Source: a bacterium
GTDB taxonomy: Bacteria; UBA8248
Length of the DNA: 64,000 nt
Direction: 5' to 3'
Assembly: GCA_965207065.1 (NCBI GenBank)
Contig: OZ242260.1
Location: 2,912,001 to 2,976,000, forward strand
Position numbers and translations under genes: made by a program
In this document: positions 36,168-45,220 of the stretch, in pieces
How positions within the stretch are numbered: the stretch's first letter is position 1
Layout: the number at the start of each line of letters is the position of its first letter
Notes under the pieces: generated by a model
Database searches by the model: none
The model's input: only the letters and a program-made list of their open reading frames with translations
What the model was told of the DNA's origin: nothing

Positions 36168-37427
36168 TCATGCTAGAAAATCCCGGGGGTCCGCGATCTC
36201 GCCCCTCACGGCGGAGGCCGCCACAGTGGCCGCGCCGGCGAGGTAGATTCGGGCCTCCCGGCTCCCCATCCTCCCCACGTCGTTGCGCGTCACCGTGGCG
36301 ATGCAGGTCTCCCCGTCCGCCAGGGGGCCTCCCCTGCCGATGGCGCAGGGGCCGCACCCGGGCGGGCCCACCATGGCGCCCGCCTCGCAGAAGATGTCCA
36401 TAAGGCCATCCTCGACGCAGCGGGTGAGAACCTCCTGGCTGCCGGGCGTCACAATCATCCTCACGCCCGGGGCGATTTTCTTGCCGCGCATAATCCCGGC
36501 GGCCTCGGCCATGTCCTCATACTGATCCGCCGCGCATGACCCCAGATACGCCGCATGAATCGGTACGCCGATGGCCTCACCAAGCGGGGCCACGTTCTCG
36601 GGTCTTGGCGGAAGCGCTATGGTGGGCTCCATCCCGGAGAGGTTGAACGCGTAAGTTTCTGTAAATGCGGCGTCTGGGTCGCTTCTCATGGCTTGAAAGC
36701 CGTCGATGTTTCTCTCGCGCATCCACCCCGCGACGACGTCATCGGCGGGGATGATGGCGCTTTTCGCACCGATCTCTATCGGCAGGTTGCAGAGCTTGAC
36801 GCGCGCGTCGACCCCCAGATGGGCGAGAGCCTCCCCGGTGTACTCGAATACGCGGTAATCTGCGGCGTCGGGGCCGATTTCGTGAATGATGTGGGCGGCG
36901 GCGTCGCGGATACCCACACCCGGCGGGAGTTTTCCGCTCAGGTCGATTCGAATCGTCTCAGGCGCCTTGAGCCAATGGCTGCCGGTGGCGAGCACGGCGG
37001 GGAACTTGAAGACGAGCGCGAGGCCGAGGCAGCCTATGGCCCCGTAGTTTGTAACATGTATGTCATACGCCAAAACGCATTCACCGGGCTTTACGATGCC
37101 GATTTCCATCGGAAAAACATGACCCTGCCCGCGGCCTGGACCGAAGAAATACTTCACGCCCCAGCGTTTGACGATCTCTCTTATCTGTTTGGCGCGATTC
37201 GCGACGGCGACGGTTTGCGGGACCGTGTCGTGATCGAAGCATACGAACACGCGCTCCGGGTCCCAGGGGCGTTCCACACCGAGTTCGGTAAGTTGGCGGT
37301 CGGCTTCCACGACGTAGAGGTCGTGAATCGTCGCCAAATCGGCCTCCGGGTAGACGATCTCCCCTGCGCGCAATTCGTCCCGGCCCGAGGCTCTGGCCAT
37401 GATTTTCTCCGTCAGGGTCATGCCCAT
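36168..37427 (-). CDS. Aconitase-family (LeuC-like) large subunit
   Basis: MGMTLTEKI, Fe-S ligands GSC and CGPC, and TRN..GRMG. Confidence 0.88.
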   Translation of the reverse strand: MGMTLTEKIMARASGRDELRAGEIVYPEADLATIHDLYVVEADRQLTELGVERPWDPERVFVCFDHDTVPQTVAVANRAKQIREIVKRWGVKYFFGPGRGQGHVFPMEIGIVKPGECVLAYDIHVTNYGAIGCLGLALVFKFPAVLATGSHWLKAPETIRIDLSGKLPPGVGIRDAAAHIIHEIGPDAADYRVFEYTGEALAHLGVDARVKLCNLPIEIGAKSAIIPADDVVAGWMRERNIDGFQAMRSDPDAAFTETYAFNLSGMEPTIALPPRPENVAPLGEAIGVPIHAAYLGSCAADQYEDMAEAAGIMRGKKIAPGVRMIVTPGSQEVLTRCVEDGLMDIFCEAGAMVGPPGCGPCAIGRGGPLADGETCIATVTRNDVGRMGSREARIYLAGAATVAASAVRGEIADPRDFLA

Positions 37428-37577
37428 GGCGAATCCTCTGCTTATGATGGAGGGAACCGAGCCTAGCATCCTGGCCGAGCAAAGAGAATAGGAATTTGAT
37501 ACACTAAACTTTTATGACCTCAGAAAAATACGCTGATACCGCTGAATAATACAGATTTTCGGCTTGGAGGAACAATC

Positions 37578-39473
37578 ATGGGTTATGCAGAAGTTTACGG
37601 TCGTTCCCTCTCGGATGCGCAGGCGTTCTGGGCGGAGGTGGCGGAGGATATCCACTGGTACAAGAAGTGGGACAAGGTGCTTGACGACTCGAACCCGCCC
37701 TTTTACCGCTGGTTCACGGGAGGCGAGGTCAACACCTGTTATAACGCGGTCGACAGGCACGTAGAGGCGGGTCGAGGGGATCAACTTGCGCTGATATACG
37801 ACACCCCGATCACGGGCGAATCCACCCAGAAGATTACCTACAGGGAATTGCAGCACAAGGTGGCACATTTCGCGGGCGCTCTCAAGGCCCAGGGGGTGGA
37901 GAAGGGCGATCGAGTCATCATCTACATGCCGATGGTGCCCGAAGCTGCTATCGCCATGCTGGCCTGCGCGCGAATCGGCGCGGTGCACTCGGTCGTTTTC
38001 GGGGGTTTCGCCCCGAACGAACTGGCCACGCGCATCGAAGACGCGAAACCAAAACTCATGATCTCCGCCTCGTGTGGCGTCGAACCATCTGGCGTCATCG
38101 CCTACAAGCCCCTGCTCGATGAGGCGATAAACCTATCCAGCGAGAAACCGGAAAAGTGCATCATCCTGCAGCGCCCCCAGGTCGAGGCGGAACTCATCGA
38201 AGGCCGCGACGTCGAATGGAGCGATTCGCTCGAAGGTGTAGAACCTACGGACTGCGTGCCCGTCGCCGCCACGGACCCCCTGTATATCCTCTATACCTCG
38301 GGCACGACGGGCGAGCCCAAGGGTGTGGTGCGGGATAACGGCGGTCACATGGTGGCGCTCCAGTGGTCGATGAAAAACGTGTACGACGTGTCGCCGGGAC
38401 AGGTGTTCTGGGCCGCGTCCGACGTCGGCTGGGTGGTGGGGCACTCCTATATCGTATACGCGCCGCTGGTTCACGGCTGCACCACCATCCTCTTCGAGGG
38501 CAAGCCCGTGGGTACGCCCGACGCGGGCGTTTTCTGGCGCATCATCTCCGAGCATGGAGTAGAGGTCTTCTTCACCGCGCCCACTGCGTTTCGCGCCATC
38601 AAGCGAGACGATCCGGACGCTGACCTCATGAAGAATTACGACCTCAGCCGTTTCCGCATTCTATTCCTTGCCGGAGAGCGCTCGGACCCGGATACCATCC
38701 AGTGGGCGGAGGAGCATCTCCAGGTGCCGGTCATCGACCATTACTGGCAGACGGAGACAGGCTGGCCGATGCTGGCGAATCCCATGGGCATCGAGCACAT
38801 GCCCGTCAAGTACGGATCTCCCTCGAGGCCGGTGCCCGGTTTTGACTTCAAGGTCTTAGACAGCGAGTGCCGTGAACTGGGCGCGGGTGAGATGGGCGCT
38901 CTGTGTGTCAAGTTGCCCCTTCCGCCCGGTTGCCTGCCGACGCTGTGGAACGCGGACGACCGCTACGTCGACTCCTATCTGAGCGAATACCCGGGCTTCT
39001 ACAAAACGGGCGATGCCGGATACATGGACGAGGAGGACTACGTCTACGTGATGTCGAGGACGGATGACATCATCAACGTGGCGGGCCACAGGCTCTCCAC
39101 GGGCGGTATGGAAGAGGTTTTGTCGGCCCATCCCGACGTCGCAGAGTGCGCGGTCATCGGCGTGAAGGATCAACTCAAGGGCCAGTTACCGCTCGGTTTC
39201 CTGGTGCTCAAGGCGGGCGTCGATAAACTAGACGAAGATGTCGTCAGCGAGGTGGTGCAGCTCGTTCGCCAGCAGATCGGCGCGGTCGCCTCCTTCCGCC
39301 AGGCGACGGTGGTGAAGCGCCTGCCCAAGACGCGCTCGGGCAAGATCCTGAGGGGAACGATGTCGAACATCGCAGATGGCGAAGAATACAAGATGCCGGC
39401 CACCATCGATGACCCGACCATCCTGCCCGAGATCACCGAAGCGCTCGCCGGGCTGGGCTATCCCTTCGACTAG
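37578..39473 (+). CDS. prpE: Propionyl-CoA synthetase
   Basis: Motifs YTSGTTGEPKGVVRDNGGH, SDVGWVVGHSY, DHYWQTETG and LPKTRSGKILR. Confidence 0.9.
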   Translation: MGYAEVYGRSLSDAQAFWAEVAEDIHWYKKWDKVLDDSNPPFYRWFTGGEVNTCYNAVDRHVEAGRGDQLALIYDTPITGESTQKITYRELQHKVAHFAGALKAQGVEKGDRVIIYMPMVPEAAIAMLACARIGAVHSVVFGGFAPNELATRIEDAKPKLMISASCGVEPSGVIAYKPLLDEAINLSSEKPEKCIILQRPQVEAELIEGRDVEWSDSLEGVEPTDCVPVAATDPLYILYTSGTTGEPKGVVRDNGGHMVALQWSMKNVYDVSPGQVFWAASDVGWVVGHSYIVYAPLVHGCTTILFEGKPVGTPDAGVFWRIISEHGVEVFFTAPTAFRAIKRDDPDADLMKNYDLSRFRILFLAGERSDPDTIQWAEEHLQVPVIDHYWQTETGWPMLANPMGIEHMPVKYGSPSRPVPGFDFKVLDSECRELGAGEMGALCVKLPLPPGCLPTLWNADDRYVDSYLSEYPGFYKTGDAGYMDEEDYVYVMSRTDDIINVAGHRLSTGGMEEVLSAHPDVAECAVIGVKDQLKGQLPLGFLVLKAGVDKLDEDVVSEVVQLVRQQIGAVASFRQATVVKRLPKTRSGKILRGTMSNIADGEEYKMPATIDDPTILPEITEALAGLGYPFD

Positions 39474-39695
39474 GCGTTGTTGAGAATTATTGAGCGCACA
39501 GCCGTCCGGGTGACGTTCCCAAATCACCAGGCTTTTTACGCCGGATGCGTTTTCGTGCGCCTGCACAAGGATCAGTCGGACGCAAATCCCGGGTAATTCT
39601 CTGGTTTTCGGGAGCCGCGCGAGGGAGAGTGTGGAATTGATACTCGCCCCCGGCTGCCGAATCGCGTAGCGCTGCTCGCACCTTCCTTTTGTGGG

Positions 39696-40598
39696 GTGAT
39701 TTTGCTCAAATCCTTAGACCCGAACCTCCTTTCGTTCATCGCGGCGTTTTTCGTCGCCATCTCCCAGGTTTTCTATCGAAAAGCGCTGATCCATATCGGA
39801 CCGGGGATTGCGGCCATCGCGATGAACGTCCTCTCCGCGATGATGGCGAGCGTGCTTTACCTGGTATGGGACGAGAGCGTTACATGGCACTTGAAGGGCG
39901 TCATGTGGTACATGCTCATCGGCCTGTTCGGGAGTTCAGTCGGGCGGTACATGATTTTCGGCTCGATGCGCCTGATCGGCCTGGCGCGGACGCAGATTAT
40001 GGTGCAGTCGGTCCTCGTGTGGTCGGCGCTCATGGGGGTGTTCATACTGGGTGAGCGGTTCTCGGCGGGCGTAGCCGTCGGTACGCTGGCGATCATGATC
40101 GGGGCCATTCTTCTCGTCTATAAGAGAGAGTCCTCCAATAGAGAATCGAGTGAGAAGGATGTTTCACTCCTTTACTTTCTCGTTCCCGTAATTGCCTCTT
40201 TCCTGTTTTCCCTTACGTTTGTTTTCAGAAAATACGCCCTCCTCCTCATACCTTCGGAATCTTTGGGGATTGCGATTTCCACCACCACTGCATCGGTCCT
40301 GCTCCTTCTCGCCATGCCGTTCACGAAGGAAGAAGGAGGGATGAAGGGCTGGAGCCTCAGAGGAATGGTGACGATAGCTTGCGGAGTCGTCGCGAATATA
40401 ATAGCCGCCCTCTGCTTCTGGACGGCATTCAGGGAGGGGGAGGTGGTGCAGGTGATACCCATCAACCGCCTCTCTGTCTTGTGGGTCATCGTCTTCTCCT
40501 GGTTTTTCCTGAAAAAACAGGAGAGTGTTACGCTACGCATCGTGATAGGCGGTGTCTTGTCCGTTATAGGTGCTTTCGCGATAGCGTGGGGAAAATGA
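39696..40598 (+). CDS. DMT/EamA family transporter
   Basis: About 10 TM helices in two EamA repeats (ILGERF, FLKKQE). Confidence 0.85.
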   Translation: MILLKSLDPNLLSFIAAFFVAISQVFYRKALIHIGPGIAAIAMNVLSAMMASVLYLVWDESVTWHLKGVMWYMLIGLFGSSVGRYMIFGSMRLIGLARTQIMVQSVLVWSALMGVFILGERFSAGVAVGTLAIMIGAILLVYKRESSNRESSEKDVSLLYFLVPVIASFLFSLTFVFRKYALLLIPSESLGIAISTTTASVLLLLAMPFTKEEGGMKGWSLRGMVTIACGVVANIIAALCFWTAFREGEVVQVIPINRLSVLWVIVFSWFFLKKQESVTLRIVIGGVLSVIGAFAIAWGK

Positions 40599-40632
40599 AG
40601 AAGAATACGCGCAGCGCGGGCGCGACCCACCC

Positions 40633-41241
40633 CTACTCCTCCACCCATTTCGAGGCGAGGGGCGTTCCCCCGCCCAGGACGATGCCTGCGTCCGAATCCA
40701 CCCAGTCGGCGTAGAAGAGGAGCGCGGCCTCATAGCTCTTGGAGCGTGTATTGCTCGCGCGCGTGTGTGTGATGACGAGGTGGGCAAGTTCCAGAGCCTT
40801 GGGAAGTCCTTTCTCCCAGATTTTGTGCGCCCCGTAGACACCGTGCTGGATTTTCGCGCCGAACTCGGTGATTTTCGCGGGCGGCAAGCTGCTGCCCGTG
40901 GGAGGCCCGCCGGGGTTGGACTCGGATTCGAGCGGTTTCGAGATGTCGTGTAGGACGCAGGAGGCGATGAGCAGATCGCGATCGATTTCGACCCCGTGGA
41001 GTTTTTTGACGAGATCTGCCATGGCGACTGCTATGCTTGTAACGCCCTGAACGTGGCCGATGAGCGTCATGTGTTTTTCGTCTTTCAGGTTTTTGGGAAT
41101 GTCCTCGAAGCGCTCCCAGGCTGTCTCCCGAGCCAGATCGAGCCAGATGTCGACCACACCGTCGCGCAGTTCGGGGTCCTGGATTTGATTGAGTTCCGGG
41201 AAAAGAGCTCGTATCTCGTCTGCGTTCGTCTGAATCGCCAT
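40633..41241 (-). CDS. HD domain phosphohydrolase
   Basis: H...LHDISK...H...H..H...D pattern. Confidence 0.85.
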   Translation of the reverse strand: MAIQTNADEIRALFPELNQIQDPELRDGVVDIWLDLARETAWERFEDIPKNLKDEKHMTLIGHVQGVTSIAVAMADLVKKLHGVEIDRDLLIASCVLHDISKPLESESNPGGPPTGSSLPPAKITEFGAKIQHGVYGAHKIWEKGLPKALELAHLVITHTRASNTRSKSYEAALLFYADWVDSDAGIVLGGGTPLASKWVEE

Positions 41242-41262
41242 TTATCTTCTCCAGTTTTTTCC

Positions 41263-41577
41263 TTACGGGTCCGGCACTTCAATGCCGACGAGGGGACCGA
41301 ACTGCTGGCCACCGTAGCAGTCGGCGTCTTCGAGGTCGCAGGAGAACACGGGGCGGGGGATGGATATCTTGATCGCGCGCGCGGCGTCGTGGTGGACGAG
41401 CAGCACCTTATCCTCCGCCAGATTGTACAGGCGGCAGAACACCTCCTTGGTGAGGACGTTCGATTCCACTACTCGCTGGTAGGTTTCCTCCTCGTCGAAC
41501 ATTACGTCGAACGTGAGGTTGAAGGGCCCAGCGTTTTTCGAGCGAATCAGTTTTGCGAGTTCGCCGAGCGTGGCCAT
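41263..41577 (-). CDS. DUF4387 family protein
   Basis: IRSKNAGPF.LTFD...AIKISIPR...D.YGGQQ..PL. Confidence 0.9.
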   Translation of the reverse strand: MATLGELAKLIRSKNAGPFNLTFDVMFDEEETYQRVVESNVLTKEVFCRLYNLAEDKVLLVHHDAARAIKISIPRPVFSCDLEDADCYGGQQFGPLVGIEVPDP

Positions 41578-42953
41578 CAGTTCGCCACCTCCATCATCTC
41601 GCTCGGGAACATCTCGTATGGGTCATCCGGATAGACGACGTGGTTCAGGTTGAAGCGGTATACAGGGCCTTTTTCGAGTTCCGCCGGCGTGAAGGGAAAC
41701 GCGAGCGTCGAAATGAGGCCGCCCCACTCGGGGATGGGGTAGTGGAGCGCGAAATGGGCCAGCGTGGACGCCATCGTGTTGGCGGACACCTGATCCTCCG
41801 CAGTCACCTCGAAGAGAACGCCCACCTCGTGCGGAATCCGGCCCGCCTCGGGTTCGAGCGTCCCCATCACAGCGTCGCGCCCGAACACGCGTATGTGGAG
41901 TTGATAGGCGGGCGGCGTTTCGCGGTCGGGGAAGATTTCCTGAACGCGCGCCTCGAAGCCCTCCCGGATGCCGTCGAGCCAGGAGTCGAGTTGTTTGAGG
42001 ATCATGGGGTCGCGCACCCCGCCGATGATCACCGACTGATAGCCGACGAGTTCAGCCCCCTCGAGCTTGATGGAATAACGCTCCGCCGTATGGAACTCGG
42101 AACCCGCCACGCGAACGGCGCGCTCACTCTCCGCCGAATAGGCCGATCGGCTCGTATCGAGGACGCCCGCTGGCTCGGTGATGAAAAAAGGATCGGTGTT
42201 TTCATACAGGGTGTGCGAGGCCACGCTCTGCGGTGTGCAGTACATCTGTGGGTTGAGCGGCTCGACCACGAAATGATCGTCGCGAATCCAGGCGAAACAG
42301 CCGTCCGGTCGCGCCCGGTGCACGGCGCAGGCCGCTCCGCATTCGAGTATTTTGGCCGCATGCCAGGAGAGGCCCCGGTCCGCGCCCATCCGTACGGGAT
42401 GGCAGGCGAAAACCGAGGTGTCCGATGCCCTGCCGGTCAGCACCACGTCCGCCCCCTCATCGAGTGCCAGGGCGATGGGTTCATCCCCCATCATACCAAC
42501 GATGTGCGTGCTGTTTTCGATAATTTCCTCATCGATCGGGGGAGCCGGGTCGAGCGCCAGGATGCGGCCCTCTTTGTATCTTTTCTTGAGATACGCCTTA
42601 TCCTGTTCGCCGCGAACCAGGGCGAGTTTGAAGCTCAGTTCTTCTTCGCGGGCGATTTCGAGGCAAATATCACGCATCCACTCCAGGCCCGCATCGCCGC
42701 CCCCTGTGCCGCATGAACCCACGATGACGGGAACGCCTAGGCTCTCGCGCCCCTGGAGCATGAGCTTCAAGTCGCGTTTTGTCGCCGAGCGGGAGAAGTT
42801 CGGCATTCCCGCGCCGAGAAAGGCCGGCCCGTTGTCCGTCGAGCCCCCGTCGCAGGCGATGACGTGGGGTTTCATGGACAGCCCGCGCTCGAATGAGCTT
42901 TCGGGGAAACCCGAGCCGATGACGCCGCAAGGAGAAAGTACGCGCGCTTCCAA
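41577..42953 (-). CDS. AtuA (DUF1446) family protein
   Basis: Motifs DGGSTDNGP, GSCGTGG, GRASD, AAKILECG and AHTLYE-like. TTG start with a GGAG RBS. Confidence 0.88.
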   Translation of the reverse strand: MEARVLSPCGVIGSGFPESSFERGLSMKPHVIACDGGSTDNGPAFLGAGMPNFSRSATKRDLKLMLQGRESLGVPVIVGSCGTGGGDAGLEWMRDICLEIAREEELSFKLALVRGEQDKAYLKKRYKEGRILALDPAPPIDEEIIENSTHIVGMMGDEPIALALDEGADVVLTGRASDTSVFACHPVRMGADRGLSWHAAKILECGAACAVHRARPDGCFAWIRDDHFVVEPLNPQMYCTPQSVASHTLYENTDPFFITEPAGVLDTSRSAYSAESERAVRVAGSEFHTAERYSIKLEGAELVGYQSVIIGGVRDPMILKQLDSWLDGIREGFEARVQEIFPDRETPPAYQLHIRVFGRDAVMGTLEPEAGRIPHEVGVLFEVTAEDQVSANTMASTLAHFALHYPIPEWGGLISTLAFPFTPAELEKGPVYRFNLNHVVYPDDPYEMFPSEMMEVAN

Positions 42954-43110
42954 GGTGGGTTCACTCCATTTTGGTGAGATTCATACGTATCCTGCTCATG
43001 AAGACACGCCCCGAGGCGGTCCTGACGGATACTGTCATGTCAATGCAGCGAATGCGCATCCTACACCGATTATCTCGTGAGAGAAAGACAGAAGCGCATC
43101 CGGGTGGGAG

Positions 43111-43812
43111 CTATTCTCTGTTCAACTTTCTGCGCACCGCCAGAAGTGCGGCCAGGTTGCTCGTCATCACGGGCAGGTCGGGGTAGCGGGCATGAATCTC
43201 AGGCAGGGCGTCGACGGCGGGCAGGTTCGTGCAGGAGATGAAAAGACAATCCGCTTTTTTCAGGTTTTGTGAGGAAATCCTCTCGTCCGCGAATTTAAGA
43301 ATCTTGTCCGCCCGCGTGTTGCCGATCTCGATGTTGTCCGTTATCCCCATACCGTCTATCGAGAGCACCTCCATGCCGTCTTCTTCGAGCGAGGCGCGTA
43401 TGGGCCCGTTGAGCTCATCGACGTAGGGCGTGAGCACCACGAGTCTCTTCGCGTTCATATCGGCGAATTCACATGCAAGCGCCGATAGAATGGTGGCCGT
43501 CTCTGCGCCGGTTTCTTCCTCGATTTGCGCTTTTATCTGTTGATCATGCGCCTGTCCGAAGAGTGCGCCGCCCGACGTGCAGCCGAAGACGCAAAATTGC
43601 GGCTCCACCGTCTTGAGCATCCGGTTCGCCTCGGGCAAGGATTGTTCGAGCATGCGGATTTCGGCCTGTTTGGTCGTCTCGTCCAGGAACATGCGTGAGG
43701 TGGCCACGTAGACATCCTCAGGCAGGTTCTTGTGGAAATCCCGCTCCATCGTGGCGTTCGAGGAGGGAACGAGAAGGCCGACGCGGAACTGGGCGTCAGT
43801 TGTCGCGGTCAT
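43111..43812 (-). CDS. Asp/Glu racemase family, maleate cis-trans isomerase-like
   Basis: GLLVPSSN, plus both catalytic Cys motifs (GCTS, SCTN). Confidence 0.88.
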   Translation of the reverse strand: MTATTDAQFRVGLLVPSSNATMERDFHKNLPEDVYVATSRMFLDETTKQAEIRMLEQSLPEANRMLKTVEPQFCVFGCTSGGALFGQAHDQQIKAQIEEETGAETATILSALACEFADMNAKRLVVLTPYVDELNGPIRASLEEDGMEVLSIDGMGITDNIEIGNTRADKILKFADERISSQNLKKADCLFISCTNLPAVDALPEIHARYPDLPVMTSNLAALLAVRRKLNRE

Positions 43813-44030
43813 CGCAGACTCCAGTGCAGCTAACAGGTTCAGGAATTGTAGAGCAATTCGAAGGGTGAGCAAAACGGTGTCGTCGGGGTCGTTGCCTTCG
43901 CGGTGCGGCATGGCTTCAAAGGTATACTTGTGGCCTCGCCTCGAAAACGAAGGTGTTGTAAAACTTGGGGTGCGATGCGCTTTTGGACGTTACCGGCGGC
44001 ATCACTTGAATGCATTGAAAAGGAATTTTT

Positions 44031-45182
44031 GTGGACTTTCAACTCGAAGAATCGGATCGCTTGCTCCAGCAGACGGCGCGGGAGCTGGCGGTAAGGGAAT
44101 TCGCAAGGGATTCCTTCTCCTATGCGCGAACGGGCGAGTACCCCCGGCGCTCCATGAAGGTGCTGGCCGAGCACGGCATGATGGGGATGACGGTGGCCGA
44201 ACCCCACGGAGGGGGACAATCGATTTTCGAGGCCTGCCTGGTGATGGAGGCGGTCTCTCAGGTATGTCCCCACAGCGGCGACGTGGTGCAGATGGGGAAC
44301 ATGGGGCCTATTCGCGTGATAGACGAACTGGGTTCCGCCAAGCAGAAGGAGCGATTTTTGCCCCCGATATGCCGGGGGGAGAAAATCATCTCCATCAGCA
44401 TGACGGAGCCCGACGCCGGATCGGCGGCCACGGATTTGCAGACCACGGCGGAATATGACGGCGAGAGCGTCCTCGTGAATGGCCAAAAGTGCTTCAGCTC
44501 CAACGCGCCGCACGCGGATTTGTTCGTCGTCTACGTCCGCTTCGGCCCCAGGACGCGCGATTGCGGGGCCGTCGTAATGGAAACTGGAACACCAGGCTTC
44601 ACCAAGGGGAAGACCGAGCACTACATGAGCGGGGAGGCGCACTGCGCGCTTCATTTCGAGAACGCCCGTATCCCCAGGGAGAACGTGCTGGTGGATAAGG
44701 AAGGTTTTCGGGTGCTCATGCCCGTGTTCAACGTGGAGCGGTTAGGGAATGCCACGCGCTGTCTGGCTCTGGCGCAGGCGGCTTACGACATGACGGTTGC
44801 CCACACCAGCGAGAGGCGCCAGTTCGATCGCCCCTTGTGCGAGTTTCAGGGAGTCCAGTGGATGGTGGCGGATATGCGGGTGAAGCTCGAAGCGGCGCGC
44901 CTGCTCCTCTACCGCGCGCTATCGAACGCACGTGCGGGCCTGCCCTCGGCAGTGGAGACGACGAGCGCGAAGCTTTACTGCAACGAGATGGCGCGCCAGG
45001 TGGCGGACGACGCCATTCAGCTACACGGCGGCTATGGCTTTTCGACCGAGATGCCGCTCGAGTTCCTCTACCGCAAGATTCGCGGATGGTCCATCGCGGG
45101 AGGCTCCACCGAAATGCTGAGAAACCGCCTGGCCTCCCTTATCTACGAGCGTCCCTTCAGCCAGCGCCCGCCAAGAGCGTAA
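44031..45182 (+). CDS. Acyl-CoA dehydrogenase family protein
   Basis: Motifs MTEPDAGS, NGQK, ERL, RRQF..FQGVQW and QLHGGYG. Confidence 0.92.
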   Translation: MDFQLEESDRLLQQTARELAVREFARDSFSYARTGEYPRRSMKVLAEHGMMGMTVAEPHGGGQSIFEACLVMEAVSQVCPHSGDVVQMGNMGPIRVIDELGSAKQKERFLPPICRGEKIISISMTEPDAGSAATDLQTTAEYDGESVLVNGQKCFSSNAPHADLFVVYVRFGPRTRDCGAVVMETGTPGFTKGKTEHYMSGEAHCALHFENARIPRENVLVDKEGFRVLMPVFNVERLGNATRCLALAQAAYDMTVAHTSERRQFDRPLCEFQGVQWMVADMRVKLEAARLLLYRALSNARAGLPSAVETTSAKLYCNEMARQVADDAIQLHGGYGFSTEMPLEFLYRKIRGWSIAGGSTEMLRNRLASLIYERPFSQRPPRA

Positions 45183-45220
45183 TTTTCACTCGTTATGAAT
45201 TCCAGGGAATTCTCCTGATC

